Assembly: GCA_964016885.1 (NCBI GenBank)
Contig: OZ024741.1
Span: 232,438,001-232,502,000, forward strand
Length of the DNA: 64,000 bases
Direction of reading: 5' to 3'
Origin: Eledone cirrhosa
Lineage: Eukaryota
The translations under genes were made by a program, and so were the position numbers. The notes under the pieces were generated by a model. The model did no database searches. It had not been told where the DNA came from and saw only the letters and a list, made by a program, of their open reading frames with translations. Shown in pieces: positions 40,030 through 51,609 of the stretch (its first letter is position 1; each line of letters begins with the position of its first letter).

Positions 40030-40460
40030 CCGAGAACAATTGTTTCATTTATTCGGATCATCAGCTCAGTTTAAATGAAGTTGCACGGAATAGGAAAAAC
40101 AACTGTATGAATACGCATGAGCAGAAACAGTCACTTCACAAATAGCAGGTAGACCAACGACCGATCAATGTGGGGAGATAACTGTGGATGCTCGGAATAA
40201 TTATAAATTATTCATGTTGTTCCGTCGTGAAAATTATAGATTGTTCATGTTATTCAATCTGGAAATTTGTAATTACGTAATAGGTGTTTCCAGACGTGTG
40301 GTCTTCGTGAAAAAATGTCAATTCTTGAATTGAGACAAGTGGTATTACGTAATCATCTAGGATAGTGATTCTTCCTTCAATGCACAGCCCACAAGTAATA
40401 TTCCCATTTCCATATGGCTTAGACTTAGTAATAACTTTCCATTGTATAGAGCAATTCACG
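40030..40460 (-). mobile_element. Penelope-like (Naiad/Neptune-like) 3' fragment with a hammerhead motif at 40030-40069
   Basis: IQWKVITKSKPY....TCGLCIE.RITIL C-terminal motif; ctgag-CTGATGA-tccgaataaat-GAAAC-aatt-GTT-ctcgg. Confidence 0.7.
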
Positions 40461-40472
40461 CCCGTGTGCTTG

Positions 40473-40556
<84 letters not shown>

Positions 40557-40665
40557 GTGTGTGTCTGTGTGTGTGTGTAAAAGGTAAACGGAAACAACAA
40601 CACAATCAGTACAGTAAATGGAAGGAATAAATTAGGTTAACGCTTGAAATAGCAGCAGGAAATGG

Positions 40666-40701
40666 TCTTGATGTTTCGGACGCTAGACCTTCATCAGAAG
40701 A
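40666..40701 (-). ncRNA. Minimal hammerhead motif with an extra A
   Basis: tctt-CTGATGA-a-gg-tctagcgt-cc-GAAAC-ATC-aaga (GAAACGTC with probable CpG decay). Confidence 0.6.
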
Positions 40702-40825
40702 AAGAATGAGAAATAAAATAGATTGAAGGAACGGGTGGGTTGAAATTTGAAAAAATGTATTTTAATTAAGATAACAGGTCCATTCATGTTGACATCTGGA
40801 TATATATATCCATATATATATATAT

Positions 40826-41052
40826 ATAATATAAAAGACGTAAAGTAAGAAAATCTAAAAAAATTAACTTACTTACTAAAATGTTCACTCCTTTAGTAAG
40901 TAAGTTAATTTTTTTAAATTTTCTTATTTTACGTCTTTTATATTATTGTTCTGCATCCTCCTGCATTGAACCACCTAAGTACTATGACAATAATGTATTT
41001 GCTAGCATTAGCGTACATCTTTACGCATATGTTAGTAGATATACTAAATTCT
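40826..41052 (-). repeat. Copy of the 346-515 repeat with a fold-back end (hairpin 40826-40946)
   Basis: Shares GACGTAAAATAAGAAAATT..AAAATTAACTTACTTACTAAA and GGTTCAATGCA..TGCAGAACAATAATAT with 420-515. Confidence 0.8.
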
Positions 41053-41060
41053 CTATAAAT

Positions 41061-41141
<81 letters not shown>

Positions 41142-41150
41142 ACACATAAA

Positions 41151-41224
<74 letters not shown>

Positions 41225-41357
41225 GAAATATCCACGGTTAGTTGTGGGGTCTAGTCTGCATGAAGAACTCAATGTAATCCATATGTTGAAAATGTTGTAG
41301 GTTAAAATAAATCCCCGAAAACAATAAAACATCAAAAGGAAAACAGAGTCATAATAT

Positions 41358-41742
41358 AAGTTAAAACAATGAAATAAAAATTCAAGTCATTAGAAATATA
41401 CTTCACTACTTTACGATCGTTTCTAGGTGATAATAATTCATCGTACGCATATTTCGTTATCGACCTATGGAGGGTTATTTACAAAATATCAAATAAGGAA
41501 TATATATACCTACATGTATATCATTGTATTTACCTACATGTATATCATCAGCCGTTGTCAACGTTTTGACAATGGCTGATGATATACATGTAGGTAAATA
41601 TATTCCTTATTTGATATTTTGTAACTAACCCTACATAGATCGATAACGATATATGCGTACGATGTATTATCACCTAGAAACGATCGGAAAGCAGTGAAGT
41701 ATATTTCTAATGACTTGAATTTTTATTTCATTGTTTTAACTT
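41358..41742. repeat. Fold-back inverted repeat (about 180-200-bp arms, 4-nt loop)
   Basis: Centre GTCAA-cgtt-TTGAC at 41562-41565; the left arm has an extra TACCTACATGTATATCAT duplication. Confidence 0.9.
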
Positions 41743-41776
41743 TTATATACATATATAAATATATACATGTACATTA

Positions 41777-42736
41777 AAGGTGTATATTGAGTTAGAAACT
41801 CAAAATGGTCTCTTACAATTAAATAACCCAAGAAAGAGGTTTTTCTGAGCCGTGCAATATAATTGAATATAAAAGAAAGACAAACCCAGATATAAACATA
41901 TATGTGTGTTCAAATTGTAAGGGACCAGATTCGCTAGGGTGAAAAAAAACACTAACTATTAACAATAGGGTTTGCCAGACTCAATTTGAAATGATAAATC
42001 AAGAAAAGAAATACAAACCGATATTGGGCAACTACCAGACACCCAGACAGCATTTGGTAGACTCTTTTGCAATTTTAGCGAAGGGAATTACCAATTCTTT
42101 GCTCATTAGTGGGTGTAAAATTAATAAACCCTTCACTTCTAAGTATGTCAGAAGACTGAATACTGTGCAAATATAAAATAACGTACATGGCATAAGAACC
42201 TAGCGTGCCTCATAAACGTACGCTACTAAAAATAGCATCCAAGCTTACACGACATTTAAATTAGCTCACCAAAATTGAAGTAGCCGACTATATCAAAGGT
42301 ATATATTGAGTTAAAAACTCAAAATAGTCTCTTACAATTAAATAGATCAGAAAATGAGGTTTTTCTGAGCCGCGTAATATAATTGAATATAAAAGAAAGA
42401 TAAACTCAGATATAAACATATATGTGTTCAAATCGTAAGGGACCAGATTCGCTAGGGTGAAAAAAATACTAACTATTAACAATAGGGTTTGCCAGACTCA
42501 ATTTAAAATAATAAATCAAGAAAATAAATACAAACCGATATTGGGCAACTGCTAGACATCCAGAGAGCATTTGGTAGGCTGTTTCGCAATCTTGGCGAAA
42601 GGAATTACCAATTCTTTCCTCATCAGTGGGTGTAAAATTAGTATGTAGGCCCTTATGATTTGAACACATATATGTTTATATATATATATATATGCTTATA
42701 TCTGTGTTTATCTTTCTTTTATATTCAATTATATTA
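41777..42736 (-). repeat. pLTR-like structure: two about 345-bp direct repeats (period about 519 bp) plus a truncated inverted copy; each direct repeat has a hammerhead motif
   Basis: 41777-42123 matches 42296-42640; 42650-42736 is an inverted partial copy; motifs at 42039-42116 and 42556-42633. Confidence 0.85.
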
Positions 42737-42800
42737 TATACATATATATATGTGTGTGTGTGTGTGTGTGTACATATACACCATATGATATATAATCCCT

Positions 42801-42980
42801 TAGTATCGGTAGAGGGTTGGACGCCACGCTTTCTAGCATAGTTAGGTCCCTTTACAATCTGAGTTCAAATCCCGCCGAGGTTAACTTTGCCTTTCATCCT
42901 TACGGGGTCGATAAAATAAAGTACCAGTAATGTACTGGGTAATTGCTGGCCTTGTGCCTATAGTAGAATCAATTATTATT
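42801..42980 (+). mobile_element. 5'-truncated SINE ending 5 nt before an exon start
   Basis: Consensus match, ending in an AATTATTATT tail. Confidence 0.88.
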
Positions 42981-42985
42981 GGCAG

Positions 42986-43129
42986 GTTTCACAAAGTTGC
43001 TTTACGGAATGCATTGTTCAAAGACATGCTATTGTGAACCTGAAGGCTTTTGTCACCTAATGATAGGCTTTTGTCCAAGCAAATGCAACCTAGGATATTT
43101 TGGTACGATGTGTCAATTGAGAAAATTCA
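42986..43129 (+). CDS. EGF-like (MEGF/laminin-type) exon, open but with only 7 Cys
   Basis: ggcAG|GT...TTCA|GTAGGT, 144 nt, phase 1-1; FTKLLYGMHCSKTCYCEPEGFCHLMIGFCPSKCNLGYFGTMCQLRKF. Confidence 0.7.
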
Positions 43130-43789
43130 GTAGGTATAATCTTAGCTGGCAGATTCGCTATTTGCACTTAAATATGGAGGTTCCTATACACGTATCGGGC
43201 ACAAGTCATACTTTGAAACATTTGCATAACTTTTAACTAAAGTGTGTGAAGTTTTCGGTCAAATTCTACATATATTCTGCTTTACTCTTAAATATGTTAA
43301 GTCTGTGCATGATGATGTTCCATTAAATAATGTGTCCAGTGTTGTTTGTTGCCGAAATAACCAATAGTCGGACTCACTCCCTACTGTATTGGCCACATTA
43401 AATTTATAACCAATTCGATTTAAATATATTATTTTCGGTATCTCAACAGTGCTGAACTGCTAAACAACTGTTCGCAGGTAGTGGCTACGGGATCGGCTAC
43501 GAAACATGATATCTACTTGCTATATAAGCGGTGACCTGTCGGACGAATACGCAACATGTACCAACATTGGTAAGCTACTAGGGGAGATGGTGCAATGGGC
43601 GCAAGAATATGCTCACAACACTATATGGCGAGTAATGTCGATTCGAAAAAAAGCGTAGTCTTTGCGAGTCCGTAAAAAGTACTATATTAGTGACTGGCAC
43701 GAAAGAGACCACCAAAACACTGCAATATGTCGAGAAACAACTAATGTATTCATACTGCATCTGCCTTCGCTCGGGTCAACAAGGGACGT

Positions 43790-46440
43790 GTTCAGGCCTT
43801 ATGGAGAGAAAACTGTTCGGAAAATATAGTGCAGTCTCCACCTCATCCTGTAAAACCTGGTGATAGACCTGCACACTGTTCTCAGACGCGTCGCATGGAC
43901 GCACAAAGATTGTGTATTCAGTGACCACAAAGTGGGTTCGGAAGGGCGCAAGCTGTAAACATTGAAACCTAGAATATCACAACGCTTAGAAATAAGGAGA
44001 AGAAACTAGTGTAGGAGGCTAGATGCTACCAGATAGATAAAGTCGGGGTTTTCTCAACAAAGTGCCTTGTCTCTGATACTGAAGATTTGCTGGAGCTTGG
44101 ACACTCCACTAGTCATCTGTGGTGCTGCAGGTATGGACTTCATACGCGGGGACGGGGATGCTCACAATCCCCCGGCTGTCAAAATATGTTATGGATTGTA
44201 TTTCATTAGGAGTGATTTATACCTTGCAACCTAGGCTGAAAGTTATGTTTCTGTGGGCAGTGCAAGTCTATGGACCAACCAAAGTCCGAATACAGATCCT
44301 CTTTTAAAGACATCACTGCTGCATTGGGTGTAGTTAAGCCTGTGTCATATTTCCTAGTGGGAGACTTCATTATACATGTATTTTGGCACTGACTATTTAC
44401 TCGGAAAGGGGTGATTGGCAGGAACGGTGATCCCAATCTAAATATGAATAGAGAGGCCTTATTAGAGTTCTGATCTGGTAATGGGCTCGTTTTTATGAAC
44501 ACTTTCTTCCAGCACAAAGCCTTCAATGAATCTACATGGTATAAAAAGAATCAGAGGCAGAGATCAATAATTTATATTGTTATTGTTTCTGATCTCTTCC
44601 ATTTTTTCTGGATGTTCTTTTTAAGAGAGGGACTGTGCAGTCAAATGAGCGCCATATTTTTCTCTGGAAATTGAGACTACGCAAATGAAGGAGCTCCAGG
44701 ACTATCAGGTCGAGGTCGACCTACATGAAAAAACAAGATGCTTTAGTGGATAAAGAGGTCAGGAGCAGTTTTGTGAATAATATTGCATCTGATATAAAAG
44801 ATATCCCTGATCAAACTGAGGACGTTGAAAGGGAGGGGAAATTGGTGGGAAATATGCAGTTCCTTCTTCAGATGTTAGATACTGCGGGAGAAGTTGGCTT
44901 GGTATGTCTCCTAGTGGCAGGCGCACTCAGTGGTTCAATCAAGCCGTTGACTATGCCATCCGAGCAAAGAATACCTACAAAGCTCAGTTTAGAAATAAGT
45001 CCACATTATTTCACTTGCGTGAAAAATTCGCAGCAGATACAGTAAGTACATTAAAAGTTAAGATAATGGACGGCTTTGGGATTAAGTTGGAATCCTATAT
45101 TAGTTCAGTAATTAAAGTGTTGTAAGTTGATTTGACAGACAATCCGTTTTCATCATAATATAAAATCATCCTCCATACCTACAATCAGGTTCTCCTATCT
45201 TTAGATAGGTGCATCATCGTGAGTTGGAGAGAATACCATGCTCATCCTCTAAACCATATCAAAACATCTTGTGATGTACAGGTAGTGCATCTGGAAGCGA
45301 TGACTAATCTCTTGGATTCTGATGTCAAGAGAAATTAAAGAGTTTAAATGAGTCAAAGTCGCTGGGTAGGATGAAATTTGCTTCGAGATGTTAAAAGATA
45401 CACGCTCGGATTCGTGTGAGCCGTGTGGGCTGGACTTCTGCATAGCTTCTTAAGCAATGGCAATTGGGAGTAATCTTCCCTGTTTTCAAAAAGGATTGAT
45501 TGTGCCAATGACAGTGGGCAGTCTCTTCGTTAATACCCCAATGTAAAGTATATGCTATGTTTCTGGCAAAGAGATAGATTTAGGGAGACTACTACATGTC
45601 GAGTCCAAGCAGGTTAGTTGAGAAACAGCGTGGTTTTCACCTCTGGCGCAGCACAGCCGACCAAATATTTACATTGAGGAAGGTTTTCAGAAATCGTGGG
45701 ATTACACCCAAGAAGAACTGTATGCTTAATTCGTAGACCCCAGAAAGATATATGACCACGTTCCATGAGGTCAGCTCTGGAAGGTTCTACAAGAGAACGG
45801 GTCAAGAGACAGATTCTAGTTGACCTGATGTCTCTATACCAATGCCTAAGTATTTATGTTTGGGTGCTAAACGTTTCAATGTGGGAGTCGGACTCCGTCA
45901 ACAGTACACAATGTCACCTCACCTGTTCATAATTTCCATGGAGTGTATTGATATGCACTGCCGTGTTCAAAGTGCTATTAAGCCTGGAAAATGTAGTATC
46001 ACCCTTCTGCAAATTGCAGACGTCAGGGTGTTACTTCATTCCTAAAATTGAGATCTCCCACATACCCTTAATAGTACTGCATGACTGCAATAAAATTCAC
46101 TGCTTCAAAGACTGAAACACTCGCCCTCTTAAGGAAGCTTTTGCATTGCACTCTCCATGATAGTAGAGTTCCATTGGAGCAGCTGAAGCATTTCAAGTAT
46201 CTCGGGGACATTTTCACGAGTATTGGAACGCAGGAAGCTGAATTAAGTGCAAGAATTGAAAGATCTGGTGCAGTAAAATCACCAAATTTAGCATTGGGCA
46301 ATCAGAATGGTGGAAGGTGTAAACACCAAACTTGATATCTTTAATTCATCATTCGTATAAAACCTTACTTCTGATGACGAGATTTTGGTAATACCTGAAA
46401 GAATAGAATCGCGAATACAAGCGCTGGAAATGAGCATTAC
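43790..46440 (+). mobile_element. Decayed RTE-type LINE (APE and RT)
   Basis: VQVYGPT; GDF; NTFFQHK; GVGLRQQYTMSPHLF; FKYLG.IFTS; many stops. Confidence 0.82.
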
Positions 46441-46544
46441 GACTTGTAATAAAAAAAAATATACAAAAAAAATCAAAATAAAGAATATAACAAAAAATGA
46501 AAGCACCAGGGCAAGTACCTTCTCCCAGTTTTCCAAATCCAATC

Positions 46545-49500
46545 TACAACCTCATAGTCAATGCAGGCCCATTCACTCAGATCATGCTTGCTTCTCTCAC
46601 CCATCTTTAAACAAATTGCTGGAAAGGGAACACTGGTTTTCCTTTTCAAATGAAATTTGAAAAAGTTAATCAGGGCATCGCCGAAGAAGAAAGTGCTCAT
46701 TTTCAGCCCTTTCAAACACGTCCACCATACAACCTCTTTCACTATGATCACGAAACAGATAAAAACTGCCTGCCCTACCCGGCTAAAGGAAGGCTGCGGG
46801 GCAATCCTCACAATAGACTCAACAGATAGCCGTATCCGTCCTACAGGTGACAGAAAGTGTTCCACATAAACCCACAAGTCAGCAATGCTCGGACATTGAA
46901 AGAGTGCGTGCAGGATAGTTTCGTCACCCTGCGCCCATCTCGGACAGGCCCGGCTGATGGCATTACCATGCCTTTAGAGATTATCCCGAACTGGCAAAGC
47001 TCCCCGGAAGCAGTGCAAGGGCACCGTTTTCTGGAAAGTGTCCATTAGTCAACGTCCGAAAGTTCTCGCGAAGAGATTGGCTGGTTGATTTTCATCGACA
47101 CCCAGAGTCTCCCCAAGGAGGTCGTTGTACTTACCCTCCACTAACCTTATATAGAACGCAAAAGTGGAAATTTCACCGATCGCATCACCCGATTGGTCGA
47201 GGGTTGTGAACGCCTGAAGACATTCCAATCTCCAAGCGCTCCCTCTCGTTCTTCGCGTGACCCAGAACAGCAGCTCCGCCAAGGAGACCAGATGGGGACA
47301 TAGGCGTCTAGCAAACGGCGACCACACCTGTTTACCGTTTACCGGTGAAGATGCCGTAGCCTGATCGGATATCTACGCATCATCAACCACGGAATGCCTA
47401 GCCCTCCGGGTAACGATTGTGACAGCAGATGGTCTACCTGACCATCGAAGCGCATCTCTTCAACAAGAGCCAAAAGAGCAAACCCTGCAACGTAGTATGG
47501 TGAGGCTTAGGACGAGGCACGGCAGTCAGGTGGTAGTAGATGATGGATGCGATGTATGCGTACACCACCTCCATTTGACCCTTCAGGGATAGCTTCCTCT
47601 CTATTGATTTATGGGTGAGAGAGGCCACCCTGCATGTCACCTCGTCCCAGTTTTTGTTTGTCTGGAGTTCCGGACCGAACCAGACTCCTAGCAATAACCC
47701 GGTCTGTTCATCCCGCGCCCGACAGCGCTGTTGGACGGCATGGACCTTCCTCTCCAAGTGCCGAGCCGAAGACCCACCGACTTTTCCTGGTTGATCATTG
47801 CTCCTGTCAACGCCTTGTAGTGCCGATCGCCTCGATATGTTTGGCGCTCGTTCCAGTGTGGTGACGTCACCGGCATATGCTGACACTCTTCTCTTGCATC
47901 CTACTTCGCGCGGAACCCCCCTCGATATCTCCAGGTTGTAGAGTAATAGCTCGAGAGTCAATATGTACAACAGGGACGAGAAAGGACATCCTGCGCGGAC
48001 CTAGCACATGAGGTTGAACGGTTCCGAAAAGTAAACGTTCACTCTCACCACAGAGCAGATGTCACTGTGCATGTCAGTGATCCAGCCTCTGAAGACGACC
48101 CCAAAGCCGTCCGCCACCAAGACCACCGCCAGATAACGATGGTCTACCCCATCGAAAGCTTTCGACTGATCTAAATCGATTAAGGATCCACCCATGCAAT
48201 GTTCGTTAGATACCCTCTCCAGCATGTAACACATGAGGTAGAGGTTGTCGTGGATGGATCTGTCTGGAATGGTGCTTCTCTGCACCCCTCCCACCAGACC
48301 ACCGACGACAAGCGCCAATCTCTTTGCTAACACCTTGGCGAAAATCTTGAACTCTGCATTTAGCAGAGTTATGGGCCTGAAATTATCCATCTTGTCGCCA
48401 TTGTTCGAGTCCCCTCTCAGCAGCACTATTGCTCCTCTGCTCACAGTGCTGGGAATTCTCCCATTCTGCTGCCAGTTGCAGTAAATGATGCCATGAGGTC
48501 GCCAAAAACGTTTGGCATGTGTACGTAAAGCTCGTAGGGCAGACCATCCAAATCAGAAGATTTACCCATCGTGCTGTCAATCATTGCTTCCTGTATTTCA
48601 GCGGCTGTTATCGGCCTTTTACAACACTCCGTCTCAGGGACCGAGAGCCACGGCAGTCCGTTGTTGTAGGCACTAAATTCCATCCTGTGATCCGACACCC
48701 TACTGCTCCCAAACTGCTGAGCGAAGTGCCGCTCAAAAGACGCACACATTTTCTCGGGTTCGAGGAACATGCGTCCGTCGTGGTCCTCCAAAGACCGGAT
48801 CGTTGCTTTGTTGCCACGACGCGCCTCTGCCACTCGGGCCCATGAACGACGTTCATCTCCTGGTATCTGAGAGCACGTTCCCTAGCTCTGACAACGCAGC
48901 CTTTTTGCTTTGCGTTGAAGAATTGATCGAGGGCCAATTTCGTGGCAAGTAAGTCGTTCGTGTTGCCTTTACCAAGCATCTCGTCTAATTTTCTCACTAG
49001 TTCTCCGTCTGTTCTATTTTTCTCTATTACTAACTTACTAAACCTAATGGAATCTTTTCTAATCGCCTTTTTCTGGGTTAACCACCATTTGTTGTTGACG
49101 ATTGCCATCATAGCCCGCTTAATTCATTCGTTAATCCGGTATATGTAGGCCTTTGTGCGCTGTCAGCGAGGCGTTTAGCTTCATGTAGCCGGGTCCCTGT
49201 CTATAAAGCCTATCTAAGTCGACCACATAAATCACGAATTTGTGGTCTGTGTAGTCGACTACTTTGAATTGTGGACAACCTATGCTAGAACTATTTATTT
49301 CCTTACAAAATACTCTATCTAGATACGATCTGGATGACCCGATGCGGCTCGCCCATGTCCATATTGGTACATTCGAAAAATCCACTCGGTACCTGTCAAA
49401 CAGTTGGAAACATCTGAGCAGGTTTGCGAGATTGTTATATCCTCCTCCACAATCCCACAGTGCATCCAAGATTCTGTTCCAATCGCCCACTAATATAGGA

Positions 49501-51540
49501 AGGTGTCCAGTCGCCTGAAGATTCAGGCCGTCTTGCTTTTATCGGAGCACAAACAGGCACTAGCCTAAAAGCATAGCCTTCACTGCTGTTCATGTCCAAC
49601 GCAACCGACTTACCTTCTGGGTCCAGGAGGATGGCCCGTATGGCGAGATCCAAGCCTCTCCGATATAACACAGGAACTCCGTCACCCCCACCCATTCTCG
49701 CTCGGTTAGGATATGCATATGCATCGTAACCGTCGAAGATCAGTGCGAAGTCTCGTACTTCGGAAATTCTGGGCTCGCTGATGGCTACCACATCTATGTT
49801 CATTGACCTTCGTTGAGCAGGTTACCCTCCTTTCATGACGACCCCAGGCTACGTGCATTTATGCTGCCTATTCTGAGTCATGTTGAAAAAGAGTGGCAAA
49901 TGATGGGAAAGACCAGTTACTTCAGATCTTGTTGAAGGAGGCTATTTTTTCCGTCCTTCTGAGTGTTTGTGGCCCCCTCTGGAAGGAGGTTTTTATATAA
50001 CCTCCAGGAAAGTGTTTGTCGGAAACCTCCGTTGTCCTTGGTGAATTGTAATTTTAGTGTTGTGCATGTTTTCTGTATGATAAGGGTGATTTGTATGCGT
50101 GTGGGTATTGTGAATTGTTGAGATGTTGTATTGTTTTTCTCAGTGATACTGGTATTGTGTTGGATGTAGTGTGATAATTGGTTGTTGTTCAATGTTAATG
50201 CTGTATAGAGTGTTTCGGTGTGGTTGCACTGTTTTGTTTGTATTTGTTGTGGGTTTGTTTCTATTTCACATGTTGGTGCTTTTTGTGGTGTTGGTGATGG
50301 GGCTGGTGTGGGTGGTAGCGTAGCTGTCTTAACTTTCTTATTAGTTTGTTTGTTTGTTTCACCCATTATTTTTTTGGTGGGTGAAGGAAGAGGGTTTTTC
50401 CTTTTCTGCTTTCTTTTTTCCCAGATACAGTTTCCCACCCCTCCTCTTCATCCCAATTCGTCTCCAGTTGTGAGAGGTCAGGGAGTGGAATGTCCTCCAC
50501 AGGTGTTGGTGTTGGTTGTGGCGTGGTGGATGGTGGAGGTGCTGGTGCTACTTCTGGCGTGGGGAGGGCGGTGGTGGTGTTGGTCTTGCTACTGTTCCAG
50601 CTACAGTTGCTGCTACAGTTGCTGCTGCCGTTGTGCTACAATTGCTGCTGCCATTTCTGCTGCAGGTTTTGCTGATTGAGTCACTGGGGTGGGTAGGAGC
50701 GGTGGCCTTCATTTGTTAGCCATCCTTTGAGGGCAGAAATAATTTAGGTGGGTTCCCTCACCACAAACACACACCTAGGCCTTCTACATTCAACGATTGA
50801 AGTGAGATGGCTACCGTCATCGAGGCCTATCACCTGGGGAATCTCTTGGATATTCTTCTGGTTCGCTTGGATCAGGAGCACCATTCCACATACGGACGGG
50901 TTCTCCTGTTTTACTCTAATCGCCTCGATCTCCTTTGTGTCGGCCTCGATATCGGTGGGGCGGCAACAATCAGCCAGGGAATTTCAATGGCCTACGGAAC
51001 CAGCGTTACCCTTAATCTTACCAGACTTTGTCCACAGTAGCTTGGGACTAATGTGAACCCGTCACGTTTTAGTGGGGCCATGGAGTGCTCTATGGCTTTC
51101 TGTGGGGTTCCAAAGAACACGTCCACGGTCCCACGTCTGCTGTGGGTTTTTGAGCCACACATGTCCGAAAGCTTTTGGGATCTGGAGCTCGGATGACCGC
51201 TACAGTCGGCGTCTATTTATATTGATCGTGCGGAACGATACAGTACATAGGTGGCGATGTTGATGGTATTTAATTTGCGTGAAGATGACCCTGTAACCAT
51301 TTTTCTTCACTATTCGTCTGGCCTCAATCGTTTCATTCTTGTTCGCCGCTCTTGCAAAAGTCACATTTGGTTTTGCGCTGGTGTTGATGTTGTTTTTGAT
51401 ATTATTATTGGTGCTGTTGTTTTTCTAGTTATTTTTTTTATTATTATCTTTTGTTTCAGTTGTTGCTGTGGTGGTGTCAGTGTCGTTCGGCGTGGGAGAA
51501 TCCTTTGTGGGAGAATCGATTTTGTTATCAAGAGTTAATT
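46545..51540 (-). mobile_element. Tx1/L1-type LINE, near-full-length relic
   Basis: ORF1 CX2CX4HX4C knuckle near 50720-50780; VVAISE; GDWN; SYLDR; TDHK; NFRPITLLNAEFKIFAK; DQSKAFD; AYAGDVT. Confidence 0.9.
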
Positions 51541-51609
51541 ATTTTCTTTCAGTTGTTGCTGTGGTGGTGCTGGAGGTATAAGTAGTGTTGGACTCTTCAA
51601 CATTGTGAA

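Noticed and set aside
41410-41470. GAAAC-GATC-GTA palindrome inside the fold-back
   Set aside because: No properly placed 5' core with a matching stem I.
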